Positions 55,257 to 64,000 of a stretch of 64,000 nucleotides of DNA are shown here, piece after piece (the stretch's first letter is position 1; the number at the start of each line of letters is the position of its first letter). Source of the stretch: the human T2T-CHM13v2.0 reference genome, Homo sapiens; NCBI RefSeq assembly GCF_009914755.1, contig NC_060940.1, one strand, 5' to 3'. The notes under the pieces were generated by a model. It searched no databases. It worked only from the letters and a program-made list of their open reading frames with translations, and was not told where the DNA came from. A program made the position numbers and the translations under genes.

Positions 55257-56289
55257 AGGGGATAATGTAATGGCAGAGGTGGACCTAGGATGTGGCTATT
55301 AATAGAAGACAAGTTAGCCCATATGAACCTCAGTATTCTCAAGTAGGTAATGTAAGACTTAGTAAAAGTAGCCAGAAAGGTGGGTATTCAGAGGGGGTGG
55401 GAGACAGCTTTCTCCTGGGGACAGAGTGTATGCATATTATTCTCAGGTTCTTTGGAGAACTAGTTGGTGTAGAAGAAATAAAGAGACTTTGAGTTTTTAG
55501 GATTTATGAGTGGGTGTAGAATCGTGTAATTCTTTCTTGGGAAACAGGGAAGGGAGGCATTTGTTTGGATATAGGAGCCATTAAGGTACAAATTAAACAA
55601 GGCTTTCAGGTAATTCTTATAGGACTGTCAAGGAAAAACAGTTTGAGGCGTAGGGATGTTCTTTTTTACCTTGCATTAGCATCAATCACTGCGCTGAGCA
55701 TACAGTACATCTTTAATACACGAGACTGATTGCTTGACTGATACTCCAAATTCCATTAAAACAGATTCGAAACTCATCCAAACTCTCCTCTCTGGTAGAA
55801 CTGGGCTATGGCAAATGGAACGGGAAATAAGTAGCCCACCCCTTGGCCTTGACAGTGTGTTACACACAGGACTTTATTATAAGGCCATTTTACATAGTAG
55901 GTGCCTATTATCAAACAGGTGTATGGATATTGTCATAAGAGAAAGTGGGAATGAATCTTAGCAAAGTAGATGTCAGAACATTTGAAAAAGATTCTAATTG
56001 CTAGTGTTCTGGAAAGGAAAGCAAATTAAGTTAGTCATTTACATGAAAAAAAAAACCGATACAAGAAACAGAGGAAGGGGTTTTCAGCACATCTTATTTT
56101 ATCACCTTGGAGCCGTTATCCTGTTCACCAAAGGTGGTTCTTCTTAGTCCTAATTCTTAAGCTAAATGTGTTATTTATAATGCTTTCTAAGTCAAAGAGA
56201 GAAAAAAATAATGAATGAAAGAAGGAAAGACAAGGAATTCTAAGTTAGTCTTTATCCTTCTCTTGTTCTGAAAGCCAGTGATTTTAAAG

Positions 56290-56440
56290 AACTTGGACAA
56301 AAACTGAGTGACCTTGGACAAGTCACTTAGCTTACCTGAGTCTCAGTTTCTTTGTCCGTGAAAGGATGCTAATAATGCTAAGCATTTAGGTTTACACTAA
56401 AAAAGAAATGAGAAAATGTATTTGAAAATACCTACCTAGA
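56290..56440 (+). mobile_element. MIR
   Basis: GTGACCTTGGACAAGTCACTTAG..CTGAGTCTCAGTTTC. Confidence 0.75.
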
Positions 56441-56539
56441 ATAGGCCCAGGTTGGGGGACAAGATGAGACCCCAATGAGTCTCAAATGTCTTTTAAAAAA
56501 GAGTCTTCATTTGACCTTTGAAAAGTTATTTAACATCTC

Positions 56540-58650
56540 TAAGCCAACTTTATTCTACTTCCCAAAGTTGTCTTGGCTCTTACAGATCTTTTTAATTTCC
56601 ATATGAATTTTAAAATTAGATGATCATTTCTACAAAAAAGTGTGCTTGAATTTTTACTGCGATTGCATTGAGTTTAATAAATCTGCTGTTATTTTTATCT
56701 CTGTTTCCACTGTATATAATGTGTCCTTTTTTCTCTGATTGTTTTTATTATTTTCTTGTTGGTTTTCAGCAATTTAATTAAGATTAATTTGGGAAAGAAA
56801 TGATAGCTTAAAATACTGAATATTTAAAACCATGAACATGACATATTTCTACATTTATTTAGGTCTTTTAAAATTTCTCTCAGTAAAGTTTTTATAGTTT
56901 TTATTGTACAGGCCTTGCACATCTTTTGTGAGATTTATCCTTAAATATTTAATATTTTTGTTGCTATTGTAAATGGTATTTTGTTAAATTTCAATAGTCC
57001 ATTACTATGTTATGCAAATACAACGGAGTTTTGTATGTTAACCTTGTGTCTTGCAACCTTGCTAAAATCACTTATTAGTTGTAATAGTTTTTTTTTAGAT
57101 TCCAAAGAATTTTCAACAGAGATGATCTCATCTGCAAATAAACACAGTATTAATTTTCCTTTTCCAATATGGACTCTGATTCTTTTCTTTTTCTTGCTGT
57201 ATTGTACTGGATAGAACCTCTAGTAAAATGTTGAATATAAATGGCAAAAGCAGATGTTCATTCTTGCTTTTTTCTTGACTTTGGGGGATACGTGTTGGAT
57301 CTCCCACTATTAAGTATGGTGTTATCTGTAATATTTTTCATAGATGTCCGTTATCAGTTTGAAGAATTTCTCCTCTATTCCTAGTTTGCTGAAAGTTTTT
57401 TTATTGGTGATACACATTGCATTTTATCACATGATTTTTATGCATCTATTGAAATGATCTTATGGCTGTTCTTGTTTAGACTGTTAATATTATGAATTAC
57501 ATGGATTGAAATTCAAGTGGTAAACCAACCTTGGATTAATTAGATTATCACCACTTAGTCATGGTGTGTTATTTTTATATATTGCTAAATTTAGTTTGCT
57601 ATAATTTACTGAGAAATTTTTAACCTATGTTTTTGATGGACATTGGTCTGTAGTTTTCTTTTCCTTGTAATGTTTTTCTTTGTATCAGGGTAATGCTGGC
57701 TTTATGGAATGAGTTGCAAAATATTCCATCCTCATCAATGTTTTGGAAAAGGTTTTGTAAAATTAATATTATTTCTTCCTTAAATGTTTTTAGACTAGAA
57801 GCTGAGGTCATTCCTTTGAGATTTCCTAATGTGAGCATTTATGCTATAAATTAGCCTCTAGGTATTGCTATAACTGCATCTCACACATTTCGATATGTTA
57901 CATTTTTCATTCTATTCAGTTCAAAATACATTTTTATTTCCCTCTTAATTTTTTAATTTTATTCATAGGTTATTTAGAAGTGAATTTTGACCACCAAATA
58001 TTTGGGCATTTTCTGTTATTGGTTTCTAATTTAATTCCACAAGATTTCACAATAGAGTTTGGATGACATGAACCTTTTTAAAATGATTGAGATTTTATTC
58101 TATGGCTTACAATATGGTTCATCTGTGGATTTTTCTAGGTTGTATTATTTCTGATAAGAAATCTGCTACTATTCTCATCTCTGTTTCCTCTGTATATAAT
58201 GCATCCTTTTTGCCTTTGATTGCTTTTATGATTTCTGGTTGGTTTTCAGCAATTTAGTTAAGGTATGCCTTGGTATAGTTTTCTCCATGTTTCTTGTGCT
58301 TGTGGTTTGTTAGCCTTCTTGGCTTTGTATTTGTAGAGTTTTCATAATATTTTGAGAATTTGTGGCCATTAATTGTTCCAATTTTTTTTATGCCTCCTCC
58401 TTTCTTCTCTCCCCTAGGAACACTGATTCTATGTATATTAAATCACGTGATGCATTCCACAGTTCAGTCATGCTCTTTTCATATTTTGCTGTCTGTTTTA
58501 ATCTAAGTGTTTAATTTTAATTGATTTGTCATTGTGTTTTCCAGTTTACTAACATTTTCTCCTCCACTGTGTCATCTGCTTTTAATCCAATCCAGTATAT
58601 TTCTTTTATCTTATATATAGTAGTTGCTATCATTAGAAGTTTGAATTTGC
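56540..58650 (-). mobile_element. Old L1M element (ORF2/upstream region, rearranged)
   Basis: Antisense ORF2-like text; minus-strand peptide FKEEIILILQNLFQNIDEDGIFCNSFHKASITLI...KENYRPMSIKNI matches L1 ORF2p near the RT start. Confidence 0.9.
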
Positions 58651-59489
58651 TTCAAATGAAGTAAAGGTAGTGATCTTAGACCTGGATTTATTTTAAGAAG
58701 AGTTATTTAATAAATAGTAGTATAGGTAGTGTTTGAATTTGGCAACAGCCATGGAAGTGACTGAGACTTAGGAAACTTCCTGTTACCTGTTCTCTGATAC
58801 GTGGAGAAACTGAGGCTGAGATGGATGCAGATTCCTCAGACCATGAGCAAAGGTACTTTGTAATGTCTTTCCTCTCTGTCTTCAGTCAGCTCACAGTTCC
58901 ACACACTCCAGCCTTTCCCACAACAGTCAGCAGGTTAGACACAGTATCACGTGCTGATCAGTGAGTAAAGTCCTTTCTGCTGTGTATTTATTAAGATTAA
59001 TTTACTAGGGTGGTTGGGGGTTTATCGAGCACTTAAAAATGTTAATGGACACTGTTCCCAATAAATCATGTCAACAGATCTCTATAAAAACAGTGGGAAG
59101 CTTTTAAATTGAGCCTAAGAAGCAGTATTGACTTCACATGGTGGGCTCAGTATAACCTTTAAGAAAATGACAGGTATTATCAGCCCGAGTCTGGAGCCTG
59201 TAATTCGCCAGCTACTGAATTCTCCATGGGAAGCCATCCTCATAATAATAGTTATTATTTGTTAATGCCTGCTGTTTGCAGGAGATTAGTCTTGGCATTT
59301 GATAGATGGTCTCTTTGATCTCATCAATGTCTGTTTTATTAACTTCCATTTCATGGATGAGATAATCAAGGTCCTGATAAATGAAGCCCAAGATTGTGGC
59401 TTTTCTCCAAGTACCTCTCTCTCAACTCTAGCAACGTCAGACTTCTAAGAGTTTCTACAATGATATGTTATCCTTTTCTGTTTCTGGGC

Positions 59490-59880
59490 TTTGGCTTCCA
59501 TCGTTCCTTCTACCTGGAACATCCTTTCTCTTGCTTTTTTGCCTGCCTTTGCATCCCAGCCCTCTTGATAAAGCAGATCAGTTCATGTTACTCACCACTT
59601 AACTGTCTTAGAACATCCTCTTTGCTTTAGGATGAAGCGTGTGCTTCTTAGCATGGCCAAAAAGGCAAGATTGGAGAGACTTTTCCTAGCCACTTCTTCT
59701 AATAAAACCCATCTCTCTATTCCCTCTGCACCCTCTCTCCCTTTTCCTGCTTTACTTTTCTCCATAGCCTCAGTCTTACCTGACACTATACATTTATCTA
59801 CTGTGTTATCATTCTCCCCCGCTTGAATGTCACCACCATGAGGGCAGGCATTCTTGTCTGTTTTGTCTACGGTGTGCCCC
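59490..59880 (+). mobile_element. L2 fragment
   Basis: GCTTTACTTTTCTCCATAGC, GAATGTCACCACCATGAGGGCAGG..TTGTCTGTTTTG. Confidence 0.75.
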
Positions 59881-60072
59881 TAATGCCTCCCCCAAATGCT
59901 GCAGAGAAGCTGTCAAAAGTGAAGGCAAAGGAAGAATCATGGGATGGGATAGTGGGAAGGTACTGGTGATCTTCACAAGGTGGTTGTGGGCAAAGAAGCC
60001 AGACCATGGTGGCAGAAGCAGGGAAGAAGAGGAGGCAGTAGGCAGAACACTCTATCAAGATGCTTTTTTCCT

Positions 60073-60206
60073 TAGCTAATGCATGCTGTGCTTAATACCT
60101 ACGTGATGGGTCGATAGGTGCAGCAAACCACCATAACACACATTTACCTATGTCACAAACCTGCACATCCTGCACATGTACCCTGGAACTTCAAATTAAA
60201 AAAAAA
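60073..60206 (+). mobile_element. L1PA extreme 3' end, heavily 5'-truncated
   Basis: TAGCTAATGCATGCTG..GCAGCAAACCACCAT..AAACCTGCACATCCTGCACATGTACCC; TSD-like AAGAT(GC/TT)TTTTTTCCTT. Confidence 0.9.
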
Positions 60207-60274
60207 TTTTTTAAGATTTTTTTTCCTTTAGGAGAATTTTTTTTATTCTTACTTTACTCTACTTCTTCTCTCTC

Positions 60275-60586
<312 letters not shown>

Positions 60587-60693
60587 ACTTTACTCCTCTT
60601 CTCAGCCACATTTGGCACAGTTCCCTGCTCCTTTCTTCTCCTTAGAACACTCGCCTCCCTTGACTTGTGCCTCTTACGTTTCTGGTAACTCCT

Positions 60694-61100
60694 TGACGTG
60701 GTCTGGATGTGTGTCCCCACCCAAATCTCATGTTCCATTATAATCCCCAGTATTGGAGGTGGGGCCTGGTGAGAGGTGATTGGATGATGGGGGCCATGCC
60801 TAATGATTTAGCACCACCTCTCCAAGTGCTGTTCTCCTGATAGTGTTCTCATGAGATCTGGTTGTTTAAAAGCATGTAGCACCTTCCCCCCTTCTCTCTC
60901 TTCCTCCTGCTCTGGCCAGGTAAAACGTGCCTGCTTTCCCTTCGCCTTCCGCCATGATTGTTATTTTCCCGAGGCCTCCCCAGCCATTCTTCCTGTACAG
61001 CCTGTGGAACTGTGAACCAATAAAACCTCTTTTATTTATAAATCACCCAGTCTCAGGTATTTCTTTATAGCAGAACTTAGTGTGAGAACAGCCTAATACA
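60694..61100 (+). mobile_element. MST (MaLR) solo LTR
   Basis: GTCCCCACCCAAATCTCATG, GGAGGTGGGGCCTGGTG, CCTTCCGCCATGATTG, ends CTAATACA; TSD CTCCT/GTCCT. Confidence 0.9.
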
Positions 61101-61214
61101 GTCCTTCTGTCTTAATTCTTGGATTTCCTGTGTTGTTCTATGTGTTTCAAGCAGGTCTTATTACTCTTTCCATGGCTGATAGTTTCTCATTATTCAGGTC
61201 TCAGCTCACCTGTC

Positions 61215-61452
61215 TGTAACAACCACATTTTCCAGCTTCTGTGCTTGATGCTTTGATGTCTTGGCACCTTGCTGACCCTGGAGGGACTGCTCCTCTCAGG
61301 ATTAGCCAGTTCCTGGAGATAGTAAAGGACTTAACTTCAAGCGTGACTGTCTTATGCAAACTAACCAATCCAAAGCCCACACCCCCAACCACCTCCGTTA
61401 TGGGCTGACTCAGGGTTGATTACCCATCTGTCCTAATCACCCCAGGGCCAGT
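61215..61452 (+). mobile_element. MER74-like ERVL LTR 5' fragment
   Basis: CCTTGCTGACCCTGGAGGGACTGC, GAGATAGTAAA, TATGCAAACTAACCAATCCAAAGCCCACACCCCCAACCACCTCC. Confidence 0.75.
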
Positions 61453-61459
61453 GATTAAG

Positions 61460-61800
61460 ATTTAGCTCAGTTAGACAAGACCAGGCTATGTAGCAGCGAT
61501 GAATAAACCTGTAAGTCCAGTAGCTTAATTCCTTAAAACATTCTTACCTACACAAACTCTGCCACACATGGGCAGCCATCTCCATCTCATAGCAATGCCA
61601 TCCAAACCTATGGCCTCCAACATTACCATATCAGTCACCTGGAAGCGGCTTACATCATTTCTACCCTTACTCCATTGGCCAACATATAATCACATGGTCC
61701 ATGTCTACCAGCAAGGGAAGCTGGGAAATGTAGTCTTCTTAGGTGCCCCAGCTGTAGCAAACTGCAAAGCCTTGTCTCTCTACTACACCATGAAAGGGAG
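61460..61800 (-). mobile_element. MLT1-type LTR fragment
   Basis: TCCATTGGCCAA..TCACATGG, AAGGGAAGCTGGGAAATGTAGTC. Confidence 0.6.
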
Positions 61801-61949
61801 AAGGGAGCCTGTTCAGGAGGTTGTGAACTACTGCCTAGAGAAAGCTGGCCAGAAAGCAGTGAGAGCTTAGGAGCAGCTAGCGAGCTGGGATTTGCTCTGG
61901 ATCTCATCAGCACCTAGTTTCTCGTATTCTGCATTCTCTAGCAGGCTAG

Positions 61950-62170
61950 GAGCCCAGGATGTGGACAGTGACATCGGAAGTGCATTATTCACGTTCCACT
62001 TGCACCATTTGCCAACTGTGTGGCCTTGGCCAAGTCACTTCACCTGTCTCAGCTCTTATTTGTTTACCTCTAAGAGTAGGCATCAATACCTGCCTCACAG
62101 AGCCGACATGAGAACTGGAGACAGATGACGCATGCATCGTGCCTGGCAGGAACACTTTGCTCAGTGAGTG
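61950..62170 (+). mobile_element. MIR
   Basis: TGTGTGGCCTTGGCCAAGTCACTTCACCTGTCT, ATACCTGCCTCACAG. Confidence 0.7.
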
Positions 62171-62399
62171 ATTGTCACCATGATCATTGTTTTTATCATC
62201 TTGATAATTATAGTGGAACCTATTGAGGCATGGACCTTAGCAAAGTGGGAGCAGCTTTTGCTTTTGGATTTCCAACTCTCTGTATACAATGACCCCTACG
62301 GAAGACCTCACACCTGTTTCAGAGAAGAGAATAATACCTGCCCCTGGGTTTGGCCATTTCCTTTGTCTTACAGTTGTCATGGGATCTTCACCCCTCCCA

Positions 62400-62890
62400 G
62401 CTCCATTGGAAGGTCAGTTGCAGTGCAGCCCTTTTCCGGGGTAATAAGTTTTTAATGTAGACGCAATTAGTGAATAAGCAGTTGATTAGTTCATTACGAA
62501 AATAGTGAAAACAACACCATTTGCGGTGGCAGAAGCTTCAGGAAGACAGATGCGTTCCCTTTTCATGTTATTGGCTGGGTCAGAATGCCAGGAAAGTTAA
62601 CATATTTTACCATAATATTAAGCCCTTTTAACACTGAAAGGCCATTATGTTAGGAAAAAATCCCCCTCTGGGGTATTAATTAGAGAGATAGAGCTTTAAA
62701 AAAATCATAATCCCATTAAATTCCTCTCTTATAGCCATTTTCATAAAGAATCCTTAATGTGAATTGTGGATGAAAAACCACAACTCTGGCTAAAGAATTT
62801 ATGAAAAACACTAGGCAGCTGATGTATCATTTTTAAGAGGAGGAAAACAAAACATTTTATCAGTTTCCTGGCTTTGGATTTCTTAAACAA
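62400..62890. promoter_or_regulatory. Candidate conserved non-coding element / enhancer
   Basis: Repeat-free, TAAT/ATTA-rich, several retained CpGs; conservation not verified. Confidence 0.35.
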
Positions 62891-63135
62891 TTATGAACAG
62901 CCTAGACCAGAAGTCAGAGAGCAATGCCGTCTTTGTAGTATAGTCTTTAGCCTTCCCGAAAGCTAATGATGACATATGATTGCTATGGGTGGAAATGTAT
63001 GCTCTGTGTCCCAGCTTCGGATCACTCTCTTCTCTTGGGGCTTTCCTGGGTTGCACTGGGTTTCTGGCTGGCATGGCAGTCTGGTTATGAATCCTTACAT
63101 GCGTATTTAAAATAGGTATTTAAAATACATGTTCA

Positions 63136-63479
<344 letters not shown>

Positions 63480-63582
63480 CTATGATAAGTATCTACTGAG
63501 CCACTCTGCATGCCATATGCTGTGTGAGTGCCTGAGATACAGTGGTGAATGGAGTAGACAAGATCCCTGAACTCAGGGGCTT

Positions 63583-63650
63583 TGTGTTAGTCAATTTTGT
63601 GTTGCTATAAAGCAATACCCAAGACTGGGTAATTTATAAAGAGAATTGAT
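63583..63650 (-). mobile_element. MST/THE1-type LTR 3' end, interrupted
   Basis: TGTGTTAGTC..GTTGCTATAAAGCAATACCCAAGACTGGGTAATTTATAAAG. Confidence 0.75.
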
Positions 63651-63654
63651 TTGT

Positions 63655-63862
63655 GATGACAACACATGGATGCGTGGCAGGGAACAACACACACTGGGGC
63701 CTGCCGGGGGTGGTGTGGAGAGCATCAGGAAGAATAGCTAATGGACACTGGGCTTAATACCTAGGTGATGGTTGGTCTGTGCAGCAAAGTACCATGGCAC
63801 ACGTTTACCTATGTAACTAACCTGCACATCCTGCACATGTACCCCTGAATTTCAAATAAAAG
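63655..63862 (+). mobile_element. L1PA 3' end
   Basis: AACAACACACACTGGGGCCTG, GAGCATCAGGAAGAATAGCTAATGG, AATAAAAG. Confidence 0.9.
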
Positions 63863-64000
63863 TTTGTTTGTTTGTTTGTTTGTTTTTTGAGATGGAGTCT
63901 TGCTCTATTGCCCAGGCTGGAGTGCAATGGTGCCATCTCGGCTCACTGCAACCTCCACCTCCTGAGTTCAAGCCATTTTCCTGCCTCAGCCTCCTGAGTA
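63863..64000 (-). mobile_element. Alu (runs off window) with (TTTG)n tail
   Basis: Antisense right arm GAGATGGAGTCTTGCTCT... Confidence 0.95.

Noticed and set aside
55260-55520. Possible old LTR with AATAAA
   Set aside because: Could not match it to any family or define its ends

Overview
Primate (very probably human) non-coding genomic DNA, either intronic or intergenic. I see no protein-coding exon, RNA gene, CpG island or prokaryotic-type system, and I cannot identify the locus. Every ORF in the track is explained by Alu, L1 ORF2 remnants, simple repeats or chance. The window is dominated by interspersed repeats: about 27 Alus (many with readable target-site duplications, TSDs), L1PA/L1M fragments, many MIR and L2 relics, a MER9 (HERV-K HML-3) solo LTR, MaLR/ERVL LTRs (MLT1, MST, LTR16, MER74-like) and hAT DNA-transposon relics (MER5A, MER20, MER58, MER63). 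It also holds microsatellites and a 1.2-kb polypurine tract. The most notable details are structural: short local templated duplications (55.1/57.4 kb, 56.7/58.2 kb, 1.4/2.3 kb), two three-arm Alus each bounded by one TSD pair, a twin-primed L1 with a 34-bp inversion nested in MER58, a 3x42-bp AP-1/E-box amplification inside an MLT1 LTR, and repeat-free enhancer-like islands, one with an internal imperfect palindrome (62.7 kb). Subfamily calls come from remembered consensus motifs, and boundaries of old elements are approximate. I found no evidence for a novel biological system.
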